A stretch of 64,000 nucleotides of DNA from Raillietiella orientalis (lineage: Eukaryota), in the NCBI GenBank assembly GCA_036172245.1, contig JAYWIR010000021.1:2542001-2606000 (forward strand), read 5' to 3'. Made by a program: the position numbers and the translations under genes. Numbering within the stretch: position 1 is the stretch's first letter; each line of letters opens with the position of its first letter. Below the pieces are notes generated by a model that did not search any database, was not told the DNA's origin, and saw nothing but the letters and a program-made list of their open reading frames with translations. Shown one piece after another: positions 1 through 12,207 of this stretch.

Positions 1-3000
1 CCACTGCCGTCAGTGTTCTTCCGCTGTTCTGAAACTCTCGGCAGCGGGAACCACGTGAGCTGGGCCCACGTCTTCACTTTCTCCTACCACCAGGCCGGAG
101 TGTTTACAGGGCGGCACGAAATCCATGTGTTTGCTCTCACCAGAGCAGCGACACACAAGGGAAAGTCGCAAAATGGGAGGCGGCTGTGGTGGCACGCAAA
201 CAGGGTTGCGAGTCCTTCGCCACCGACCGCCAGCCGAGAGGGCAAACATGCAGGGGCTCACCAATGGGTAGCCTAGTTCTGTGGCCTGTTCTTCTGAAGT
301 TCAGTTGAACCCCCATGCGATCCAAAGTCAGGAGTCTAAGTCCTCCGTCGCGATGAGTAGAGCACGAACTAAGGACCTTCCATTGCCCCAGAGGGCTTTT
401 CGAAGGAGGTCGTTTGTTCTTTCCATCACAGCAGCCGGGGACGTGCACCGTGTTTGCAACGATGTGTTGCAGCCGCGCCATCGTCACAGCCCGCCATGTG
501 TTGGGATCAAGTTCTCAGAGAAGAGAGGCCACCAGGAAAGCAGCAGCCTTCGTGAGAACGGCAGCAAGGTGACCTCATCAGCCAGAAGTCGCCAAGATGA
601 TTGCCACCATCCATAGTAGCTTCTAAAAAGCAAGGAACGTCTCGAACTAAAGACCTCTGTTCCCACTCTTCCGTTTTTTTTTATTTATTTATTGTCCCCA
701 CCCTCCGTTCCCTACTTTTCGGAATCCTGCCTGCATGTCGGTAGTTAACCTGAGGAACTTCTTTTTTTTTTGGCATTTCTTGTTTTTGAGGGGACTCATC
801 TTCCCCTCCAGCTTGTAGTTTGCTCTGTGTTTTCAAAGCAAGTGTCCCGGTGTAACCGAGTACGAACCTCCCTTCCCTCCGACCCCGTCATGCCCACCAT
901 CCCATCGCAGGGGTTCCGGTTGCACTTCTCTTCTACCTGCCAACAGAATGAAGTCTGTTCGAGCGACCTGGCCCCCTTGCTTTCCAGGAGGGAACATCCC
1001 TACGCGCGGGCTGCTCCGTGGCCTTGCAGTTTCTCGCTACCCCAGGAACCGGGAAGGTAGACGGAGAGAGAAGAGTACGAAGTCGCTGGTGAGGGAATCG
1101 ACCCCGGCAACCTCCGTACCTCTCTGGAGCAGGTCAGGGAGACAGAGACCCGGGGATCGGCCAGGCAATCAACGCTGCGCTCCACCCTAGGGTCAGCTGG
1201 GACGCTCTCGCCACCTCCCATCTCATCGCACCTCCCCCCTCCCTCCATCTGGAGCTGCGAACGAGCGGGACGTGCGCGCGGCCATCTCTCCCTCGGCGGC
1301 CGGAGCAGCGGTTAGCGCGCGCATGGGCTTTCTCGACGCGAGCGTTCCTCCGGAGGGACTCCGACAGTCCTCGGGTGCGTGTCCCGGGAGTCGGAAGCAG
1401 CCCCTCGAGAGCGAGCTTCTGGATCGCACCTGCCCCAGTCCACTCCTCTCCCCTCTCGCATCTCTTCCCTCGGTCGTCTCCCCTCCCCGAAATAGTCCCG
1501 GAACCAAGGGGACTGTCTCTCACCCCTCCCCGCCACCTCGTTCCCGCACCTTCTCTCCCTCCCGGGAACGATGCTCATCTGACGACGCTTCCCTCCCTCT
1601 CCCGCTCCTCCCTCGGCGAAGGAGGAAGCAGCTCCCAGGAGAAGGAGGATCTATGAGAAGGTGTCTGAATAGGGATCCCCGGAATCTCCAGGAAGTGGAG
1701 AAAGAAGGGTAGACCCGCCACCGCGACCCCCTCGGAGTGGAACGGCTGGATAGTTCGGAAGAGACTCACGATCATCCTCAGGGCTTAAGTCTCGGGAAGA
1801 GCAAAAGGATCGACCCCCAGTATCCCAGGTGAGTCCTCCGGGCCAGACACAGTACTAAGGGGAGGAAGGGCACTCCGGTCTTGCCAACGCCGTGGTCCGT
1901 GACTCTGGCCTCTTGTTCGGTTCCGAAGGACATGCCCTGAGAAACGGGATCTGTCGGAAATGTCGCTCGATCATCCACAACGGTTCCGGGAACCTTGCCG
2001 TTTGCTCGCTTGGCTGACCGGGGTCAAGGGGATGTCTGCGCACTTGCGATCCACGGAGTTCCACGCTGCCTGCTCCCGGACGCGATCTTCCTGGATCCCC
2101 TGCACTTTCTGCTCCCGTTTCCGCTCTCCCCGCGCGAATCGCCCCCATTTCGACTGCGGAGACAAGAAAACGCAGACCTCGAAGGGAAAAGGGGAATGTC
2201 CCTGGCGCACCCTACTCTTCCTTCTCTGTGGGACCAAGACCAACGACCAAAAACACTCATCCTTGAGGGGCCTGCTGACGACCCCGATCCGTGTCGGCGT
2301 TCCGAAACCGCTGCCTTCGTGGGCTTTGCTCTGGTTAGAGGAAGAGGATCCTGACCTCTCTCAGAAGACTGAGGGAAGTGTACGAGGAAGGGACAAGAGA
2401 AAAGGCAAGGGTAGAGTCGGGAAGCGACCGAGGAGTTTCTGAGGGTCTCAGGGATGCAGGACTTCCTTTCACCTTCTCCCTCTCTCTCCGATCCTGCCTC
2501 TTCTCCAGGGACTTCGAGCTTTGAGGCTCGAACTCTGCTCTACCGAGAATGACCTCCTCCTGACAAGTCGCACATCTTTTTCATGCCATACGGCTCAGGG
2601 AGTCCTCTTCTTTTCTTTTTTTCTCCTGCTCTAAAGAAGAGATCTTCTCTGCCTCCTGGCTTTCTTCGAAGAGCCCTTGTGGTGGCGACCTGGGAATTGA
2701 TCTCTGGACGAAGCACCTTTTTGGAGTCGCCTGTTCGCTACGACTGTGGCTCACCCTCCCTCCTCCCCATCCCTTCCTTCCTTCCAGGACATGGAAGGGC
2801 GGAAGGGGAAGTTAGAATATCTTGTTAGGATTCGCTTGGACATCGTTCCCTTAGAAGCTCCCCCTTTCATCCCACTCTCGCTCCCTTCCTCCTGTTCCTG
2901 CTCACCGTTTCTCCTAGGGTCGCCAGGGAGAGACGTCCGTGCTCCACTGAGAAAAGCCTGGAGGCCGGAAGGAACGTTGGTCCGGAATGATCCCTGGGAA

Positions 3001-3600
3001 ATCCCCCTGACAGCTAAAGGCTCCTTCAAGATGCTCACTGGGGCGAAGAGCGCATCCTGCATGGACACTATTTCTGCGGTTCTCAGAAAGTCGACGGCTG
3101 GAGGCAACTTGATTGGGGACTTCCTAGAAGGAGGAACCATGTTCGACGCGGAGACGCATCAAGTCCCAGGAGGCCGCTTTCCTGAGTCTTCTTGAAAAGT
3201 TCGGAGAAGAAATAACGGCCTTTTCAATCCTTTTTTTCTTGGAAACTTTACGAGGATCATCCAGAAAGGTCCAGAGTTTCGGGAGCGCGCCTGGTTGGCC
3301 AAACCAGGCAGGTTTCCTACAACCGTTGACAGAGAGGAGAAGCACCGAGAATTCCCTTCCTGCAGTTTGCCGTTCCCCCCGGCCTTGCTCGGGTACTTCC
3401 GGAAACCTTCCTCCGAGAATGCTTCAGAAAAAAGTCCTCTATAGGGCCTCTTCCTGCTTCGCTCCGTTCCCACATCCTTTGCTTTCTCCTTGCCGGGTCA
3501 TGGCCGCCTTCGAGAAGGCGGCACCTGGAGTCGGGAGGCGTCTCTGTTGAGAATGCGCAGGCAATGATGCGAGTGACAGGACGGAGGAGGAACTCTGCTT
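1..3600 (-). mobile_element. Highly degenerate Ty3/gypsy LTR retrotransposon pol remnant
   Basis: Minus-strand fragments in pol order: KRQGSRNR/VDDRA (~KKDGS.RFCVDYR, ~1960-2005), HLGYWG (~GYWQ, ~1815-1835), and integrase Zn-finger-like SWWP..CCDGKNKRPPSKSPLG (~380-540). Many frameshifts; boundaries approximate. Confidence 0.45.
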
Positions 3601-6600
3601 CCCCTTTTCTTCCCTTTCTCGATCCCCCTTCTTCCTTCCGCCCACCTCCCGTTAATGCGTTCCGCAAGCAGAGTCAACCGATTGAGCTCCGGGATGCGCG
3701 AACGAGCTCCAGCATCTCAGGAAAGCTTCGAGGAAGCGCTCGCGTCCGATGAGAGTAGGGTCGGACCATAGGCCATTGTTTATTTCTCTCCCCCAAGTCT
3801 TCCTCTTCCTCGATGCCATGAACAGTTGCGTAGCTACTGCGGATGATAAGCTTCCGATCTTGTTGCTCCTTTTGTTCGGGTGCGATTGTCATCCCGAGTG
3901 GGAGCAGTGGACCGATGGAACAAAGGCAAAGGGGAAAGTCAGGCTCATCCCGGCATCCCAAACCCTCCAATGAGCTTGCCTTGGTGTGTCAGATGGAAAG
4001 CTGCTCCCCGCTGCTCCAAGGAAAGGTCCAGCAGGAACTGATTCGCTTCTTCTGTTGAGGTGTATCGCCTTGGGAACGAAAAGCGCTGATGGAGAACGCG
4101 GCCTTTGTGCCACGCCTTCTCCTTGCTGCTTTCCTTTCTCCTCTTCTCTTTGTCTTCTCTCATAGCTCCCTCCTGCTTCTTCCTCCAGAGAATGCTCGGA
4201 AAATGTCTCTTCTCGAAAGGGTTGGCCCTTGGCCTAAATTGCCTTGGAGCGAGAAATCTTCGGGATTTCCAGGATCCTTTCGTTCTGCTCTCTACCTCGG
4301 AGACTTTTCCCGTTCTCCTTATGGCTTCTTCTCTTGTCCTCCATTTCTCTTCTCTGGGAGCCTAGAGTCTTCCAAGGGAGGAAAGGAACCCCAAGCATTT
4401 CCTGGAACGATGTGAGAGCGTCGCAGGGACATTCAGGCCGCTTCCCTCAAGCACGCCTTTTATTCTCTCAGAGTGAGCTGACCTCAATGGCGTGGTCTCC
4501 ATTCGAAACTCAACGAGGGCCTCAGTGGACAAGGAGGAGCTGTTGCTGCTCCATTAGACGTCAGTAAGAAGACAAAGGGGACGAATTCTCCCTGTTGCCT
4601 TCCCGATTCCTATGGACGGAGCTTTCCCCTGACGAGGGCCGCCCTCTCCCCGCTTTGACTACATGAGAGACGCTCCATCAGCTCAGCTCACAGAGGAAGG
4701 GTAGCATCGTTGCTCTGTGACTTTCCGCCTCCTCTCGCTTCCTCACAGCGTGGTTCCTTGGTCAGACACGCACGGATGCCTTGGGCAAAAGAGAAGCATC
4801 AGCAGCCACTGACTGCAATGGGGACGTCCTCGCTACAGTTACTACCTAGATGAACATCTCTCCGCTAACCTCAGTAGTTATGGTGCATCAATTGTCACAA
4901 TCATGATATGTAGCAGATATCATGGTTACAGTTGTTGCCGGTTCGGGTTTCACGTTCTGTCCTCGTGTCTACGTGCAACCTTCAGAAAATGACTGCACAC
5001 TTGATCGCCGTCATCGTCAGTATTTTTGTTCCACTGCTGGCATCTATCACTGTTGGTTCCTGTCATTACGGTTGCTGCCGTTCAAACCAATGCTGCCACT
5101 TTTTTTTTTGCCATGGATGCCTTTGCTGTCTCTGCTGACCTCTTCTTACACACACCTCCTCTTTGTGTATCTCATAACCTCTGAATCTCACATTCCTAAG
5201 AAGGACCAACACCAAGATCTGCATCTCTCACAAACGCTAAGAATGAATCAACTCTTAGTGAAATCAGCTTGCCAGTTCATTTAGAGCTGTTACTCAGTAA
5301 AGGAAGACCACAGAGGGTGTTCGTCACTCTAAGCATAAAGAATGACTCAGTCGCATAGAAAGAAAAAAAAAAGAATCAAGTCACTGGTCCGTTCCCGTCA
5401 GCGGTGAAGGTGGGGGTGGCCAACGGCGTCTTCCGGGTGCTGTGGTCACTTCCAGCAGCACTATGCTGAAGTCGCAGATGCATATGACTCACGCTACTGC
5501 TCGTTACTGTTCTCGAATTTCCTGTTGACAGCGATTGCGATTTTCAACTGTTGTCTGGTGCCAAAACGAAACCCCAATCCGATTTTGATTCGCAACCTAC
5601 CGTTTTCGTGAGAGATGGCTCCCCTTACTCTCTGCTGACAGCAGCCGTCGGATGCAACGCTCTAAGGGGACGACGACGTCAGGATGCTGAAGCATGGCGG
5701 CCGCATGAAATGGCTGTCCTCTTAGGTGACCCGGAAGTGTGTGCCCACCTCGATAATTGTGTGTCTCCAGAAACATGAGTTCGGAGGTTCCGTCCCTAGC
5801 GATTGGGTCCAGTCGATTCTGCTCTCCCATGTTCCCGTGTCGTCTGGTACGAGAGTGACGACTCGACAACGCATCCGCCATGTTCCGAACGTCCAAAGTT
5901 AGAGAGATAGCTATCTACGTCAAATATCTATTGATGTATACGTCTCATATCCATCGATAGCTACGTCTAATAGCCATTGACCTATCTACATCGTACAGAG
6001 AATGGTCAATAAATATAAACTTCCATGAATTTCAAAAACTTGCATGATATGAGATGTACACATATCCTCGTGGATCGATGTATACACAAAAGATGCAGCA
6101 TTCATTCATGCTGCCTTTTCGACGCATGAAACAGAAGCATTTCTTAAATAATCTCCGAGTGTGTAGACTTTGGAAGGAAAAAAAAAAGTACATATGGAAT
6201 AAAAGATTAGTAATGACTCTTAATAATTGACTGATGCATCATCGAGAGCTGGATGTAAGAAGTACGAATGTAGTGTACAGTGTCGCGGAAACATCCTCTT
6301 GATGTCGCATCTGCAGGGCTGAGGAATGGAGACGATTTCGTTTTCCTCTCCCCTCTTCGCCAAAAAGCTTAAATTCGATCCTGCGCGGATTACTTCATTA
6401 CTTCAGCTTTCATGCAATTACCTCTTGGTGTGATGAAGAAGTGGATGGCCGCGGCCAATACCTGGTCTTTTTTCAAACGCTGGTCTTTGCTTCTCGCGCA
6501 GGAGAGTGGAGGAACCGTTGCGAGCCAACATGTTTTGTGCATCTTAATTCTTAGCCGGATGTTTTCATGGAGGAAGCAGGAGCAGTGCCCTCGGATTCGC

Positions 6601-7199
6601 AAGTTCAGTTTGGTCCACTGCACATGTCCTTTCTGATGAGAGCAGCGGCTGTGATTCCAAGCAAAGCAGCTCAAGCGGGAGGTCGTTAGCTGTGAGCTTG
6701 CTTGAACATCCGTCGGTCAAACCCCTGTCTTCCGAATCTAGCTACAGGCTCCTACTCGGAGGATGCGTAGTCCTGCTGATCGAACGGGGTATCTGAAAAC
6801 TCAAGGAGGGAATCTGCAGGCATGTCTTCCCTGAAAATAACGAGCATGGAAACTTGAGTGGCTCCGTATTGGAAATAAATTCCCGAAAGATTTTTTTCTT
6901 CCCGTCCTAAAGGACCTGCTTTCGCAAGGTGCGCCTGGCTTCGATATGCTGAGGTGAGCATCTCTGATGCCACCGTCCTACGATCCCAGACGAAAGCCTC
7001 TTGGTTGGGGCATTTGGCTCCCTGTGCAGCACGTCAGCCGACGCCCGTTTCCACCGTCTTCTAGTGAAAGCAACTGGAGTGACAGAACGGAAAGACACCT
7101 TTGTAATCAAGGAAGAATCTTCAAGAATGCAAGGAAAAAATGCAAGGCTGTAGCTGTTATGTGGACCTAATTGAAAGTACCAATAGCAATGTCGCAGGA

Positions 7200-9250
7200 G
7201 TTCCTCCAAAGAGCTTTCTCATTTCCTTGTGGAATCCTCTCATCAAAAAAAAAGGCGCTCTCTAGTTGCGTTCCCCTTGCTGACTCCCCGATCATCTCCG
7301 GCTGGGCGGAAGTGCTTGGTTCTGGTCGCTCATCCATCACTTCGGTACCGCCTTTTCTCTTCAAACAAGCAGTGGGTCTTCTGCGACGACTATTCGGAGC
7401 ACCGTGGGTCGCGCTAGTGCCTAGCATGAGAAGGACTTAGGCGTGCATGTGCATCATCTGAAGGATAGCTCCTCTTGCCTGCTCGTTTCCAGAATGCCGG
7501 CAAATCGGTTGGAACGGATGCCTCTGGACTCACGAGACGTAAAAGTTCCTGTAGTGTCATGAGGTCTCTTCTCACGGGAGATTCCTGTTTCCTGAAGCAA
7601 ATCTCAGCCATTACACGTTCGATCACTCTTGGAAAAACTTTTCGAGAGCTCCACTCGATCCCCGTATCTTCTCCTGTCAGAGTTTCCACCTCCTGTTCCC
7701 GAATGTTCTGTTCATTCATTTGCATGTACAAGGGGTGGAATGCCAGGGTTCAGCTGTCTGATGCCTTGATCGAGATCAAGGAATCAGACAGCTGCGGTGC
7801 TCCTGCAGTTACTGGGGTGCAAAAATGAAGCTTCACCCTTCTTCCTCTTTGCACCTCGAAATCCGTTTCCATGGAGCTTTTCACGGATATCCAATAATCT
7901 GAGTTGCATTTCCTGACCTCTCGTTGTCACCTTCCCGTCTATATCTGCTTCCTCACCCTTTTTTGAGCCAGAATAAATAGGACTCCTTTTAGATTTTGCT
8001 TAATCCTTACTGTACAGGCATACCACAAGGCTTGAATGGAAAAACCGAACGTTTCCAGGAAGAAGATAGCCACGGAGACACAGTGGGGAGGAGGAGGATA
8101 TCCATGCTGACTTTGCTACAAGAGCGAGGAAGACGGGGATGGCAACTGACACACCGCCTCCATCGCTCTTCCTATATATATGGCATAAGAATCATGGAGA
8201 AGAGTCTAAGGAATCACGGAGCAAATTATGGCATCACAACGGATGGCTCCTTTAGAGGTGATAAGGCACACGACTCAAATACAGAGATCTGGAAGATCAG
8301 GATGTGGATAGCAGAGAGAGAAGAACAGCAAGCGAGTACGAAAGTATGTGAAGAAGATCGTGGATCAGGGTATCAGCAAGATGGAGCAGGATCGCAGGAG
8401 AGCTGCACTGAAGCAGAGCGGCCCAGAAGTAATCTCAGCGAGAATCTCGGGAATTCCCTAAAAAGTGGCGTGAAGAAGAAAGCGGCGAGAAGCTGGAAAG
8501 GAATTCTGGAGAGAATCCTGTCCTAAATGAACCCTGGCACATCAACCCAAACTGAGATAAACGAACCCAGTTGTTTTCACGAGACACACTCCTCCTCCCT
8601 GGAACGCCTACATCGTCTCTGAGGAAGCAGAGTCTCCCAGAAAGCGCGCAACTGTTTGTTTCCATTTTCCGTCCGGAAAAATTGGGGACTTTGAAAACGA
8701 GGACGATGCGTCGTGGTCGGGCACACTCTTCGTGGCGCGGTCCAGCAGTCCGCCGGTTCGATGATGCGAAGATTCGTCTAGATTCCTGAGCCTTCGAAGG
8801 CACCCTCATCACCACGATGGAGCAAAACGCGCGGAAGCTGAAAGCCCGCCCTCTCTCCGTGGCTGCCTAACTCGGTGGCGTTTTAACATCCTGTCTCTCT
8901 TCGGGAAGGACCATAACGGAAACAGAAACTCTATTCCGAGTCGTCCTACCTTTCCTGGATGCGGAGTTTCGAAACGCCCGTCCCATCATTCAAGAACAAC
9001 GAAAGCCAAGAGATTTCATCCGCTCACGAAACGCAATCTCCTTTGAGAGTGTCACAGCAGCGTTGCCAGTGAGAACCAATGCTGTTTGAAAGCTCCGAGG
9101 GCTGCATCTGGGGAACCTGAGAAGCAGTTTCTTTCACTCTTCGGTGCAAGGTAACTTTCGGGCCCTCGGGAAGCTCTGCATGCCAAGGCGGACATGAATT
9201 CCATTGCGGTCAGCATGCGCGTCACTGATGGGCTTGAAGGAAAATTCATT
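7200..9250 (-). mobile_element. Degenerate hAT DNA transposase remnant (C-terminal dimerisation domain clearest)
   Basis: PTDLPAFWKRAGKRSYP followed by LGTSAT..GTEVMDER..QPEMI (7250-7520) resembles the hAT dimerisation pattern (fWk..yP.la..l.ipAts..ER.FS.ag). Upstream extent is tentative. Confidence 0.4.
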
Positions 9251-12152
9251 GCATTACAGTGAATGTTGCTGGTCGTCTCTACAGAAAGTGTATTAGCGGA
9301 AGAAAGACCTTCTGTTAGGATTCTGTGCTTCCTTGGGAAAGAATGTGGTCATTGATTCCTTGATTTTACGATAAAAGGATACTTCATAGGTATTGGAGGA
9401 GGATTTAGTTTGTGGAAGCAGCACACCGAAATACCCACAGTTGGTGGATATGCGGCCTTGCGAAAAGTCGCTCCGGATGCATGCTGCATCTTATTCTTGG
9501 GTATTAGCTCGAATTTCTGGTGGCTTAGAACAAGAAGCAAAAACTCATCTTCCTGGTTCCGAAAACGAGTGCGGCATCAGCTCATGCATTTGTCATCGTT
9601 ATATTCTGGAAGTGACTGATCAATCCTCATTTCACCTTGAATTCCTCTGAACTTTGAGCTTCCATCATAACAGACTTCTGGATTTTTCCGGAATCATCTT
9701 AAATGCCTAACTTATTCCCCATGGCCATGGCGTGCCTTCCTTCTCTTTCCTCGTCGTCCTCTGGTCTCAGGTAATACTGTTTCACAGTTTGTGACGTTTC
9801 GGGATTCGAATCCAATATAGGATCACCAACCTTGTTCTCTTTTAAAATCCAGTTTGCCCTTCCTGACACTCCACTCTGATGAGGGATTCACAATTTCATG
9901 CTCCTCTGTATGGTAATCCTTGCAGCTCTTTCATTCCTTCAAGAAGGCAAGAAACCGCTTTTGTGGCTTGCCAAAATTAGGGACGCCCAGAATCCGGGGG
10001 TAAGGAGAACATTTCGATGAGATTGGGTTCGAAATTCTCTCTGGAGAGATTCAATTCTCCAGCTTTAATTTGGTCTTTTCACTGCTCTGGGTGATCCGTT
10101 AGCTTACTTGCTCCAGCTGATTCCTAACGAATACGTTAGTTTGGAAACAGAGGCAGGTGTAGATCTTTAGTACCACATTCTTCAAGCACTGAATCCTAAA
10201 TGCACAGAAGAAAGCATAAATGGGCTCGCTGATCCACCAGTTAATGAGATCATTCTCCACTCGGGAATCAGACCGACTGGTTCGTTAAAACTAACGCTCC
10301 CATGCCGATTCCTCTCTCGCTCTCTCCCCGAAGATGAGTAGTCCGCGGCGCCTACCCATCGGAGACGGTTTTCTCTCGTGCTTTCAATGCAGTGCTCATG
10401 ACTCGATCGAGGGTGCTCGAGAAAAAATAAAGCTCTCGATGTTGATGAAAGCCTGGCATGTAGAAGGATGCAGTGCTTTTATCTCAATGAATGTGAGCAC
10501 CAAGTTGACTGGTCGACTTATAGGGATCAGGAATTCAGAATGGATTGGAAACCCGAGTGCACAATCTCGTGTCAGGCACAGTTGATTCCCCCCCCCCCCT
10601 TTAAAAAAAAAAAAAAATATTCCTTCATTGGAGCGTGAATCCCTCTTCCTATTGCAGCGTCGGAACTTCCAGGTGAACTGCGTGCAAGACATCTTCCGAA
10701 AGTCGAGGCGATTCCTCAAATTGACGCGCGGGGAGGCAAAGTTCCGCATCCGTCAGAAGAAAAGCTCTTGAGTAACCACGGAGATCTCTGGTTTGTGAAT
10801 AAAATGCGTGCTATAGCGGTACGAACTACCGCTATAGCATACGGCCATACTTCAGGGCGTCTGGAATTTCGTATCCCCCCCCCCCCCGATCCGTACTCTT
10901 ACATACTGAATCATTTGATTCTGCGTTGTGCGTCAGGGCAGAACGACTCTTTAATTATTTTGGGGGTAAATTTGAAGAATGCAGGGCACAGCTCAGGTTT
11001 TGGCAATTTTTCAACTGATAAACCTAGTTAAAAGCCATACTTTCAGGACTAAAGCGATGCTAATGAAGGAGTACTTAAACGAATGAGTAAACCTCGCTCC
11101 AGAGCTGGATTGCCTTATTTCTCAGTGATTAGGCTGTCCTTCGACGGAAGATGCGCTGGGCTAGAAGGGGTTCAGTAATACAATTAGCAAATCGAAGAGC
11201 AATTTTTGCAGCAGTGAGAGTTCTCGTCCTCCGAAGTTGTTTTCTTCTGCTGGACGCGGACAGTGACGGAGATGCAAGTCATGCTGCCCCTCTTTAAGGG
11301 TTAATGATCCTTGCTTGAGGATGAGCCTTCATTTATGTACTCATGCGTCTCCAGCAGATTCACTCCGAATGTTCTCGTTACCATGGAATTAGGGTAACGA
11401 GGACGTGAGCTCTTTGCAACCTGCAGCTGTCTCCAGGAAAAACGAACAACCCCACGAAGGCACCTTTCACTGAATGGAAGATGCTTTCGAGAAGCCAATT
11501 TGAAAATTCCCCCCAAGCACATTCTCAAAAGCACGAAGGCACCTCAGCAGCGTTGGTCTGCAATCGGACATCCCTTTTGCTTTTTTTTTTCGTTGGTGAT
11601 CGCTGACCCCGCATGAATCTTCAGTCTTTTGGAGTCCATGAGAACATACCCTTCCGGTTCTTTGAGGATGAGAAGAACCGGAATGTGCTTCAAGAAACAC
11701 TGATCTGACGGAGCACTTATTTCTCTAAAGAACTCAAGCAGATATGGAGATGAAATAACAGAACTTCCTATGTCTTGTAACTCGGTTACATATGCGCTGA
11801 CTCAATGTCGGGAGCGATTTCGATAAACACATGCAATCCATTATCCAAATAGAAAATATCGAACCGTAGTGCTATCAAAGTCACCTTCTCGTCGTACCTA
11901 ATCTTCTGGCTTCTGGCTGCGCCTATCGAAATCGAAGCCGTTGCCTGTCAAAGAGCGGAGGCGGAAACGAGGAGAAATTTCTCTACCAGAATCCCCATGC
12001 GATTTCGGATTCGGAACGGCTGGGGGGACCAGGAGCAGTTGCCCTTCTCCCGGACACTCTTAGCCAGGGAAACCTCTGCTCCCACACCCAGCCGCTGTCA
12101 TCATCGCGTCACTTAAGCACTGTTATGCCGTTTCAGAGATGAGGAAGTCGTG

Positions 12153-12207
12153 ATGCGGACAGGAACTGCGATCCGACTCTTGCTCATGCTGGAGTGTACC
12201 ATCAACA
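12153..12207 (+). CDS. Candidate first coding exon of the Dpr-like gene (signal-peptide-like)
   Basis: ATG..MRTGTAIRLLLMLECTIN ends at a consensus A|GTAAGT donor in phase 1, matching the phase-1 acceptor at 19408. The hydrophobic core is short and there is no homology support. Confidence 0.45.
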
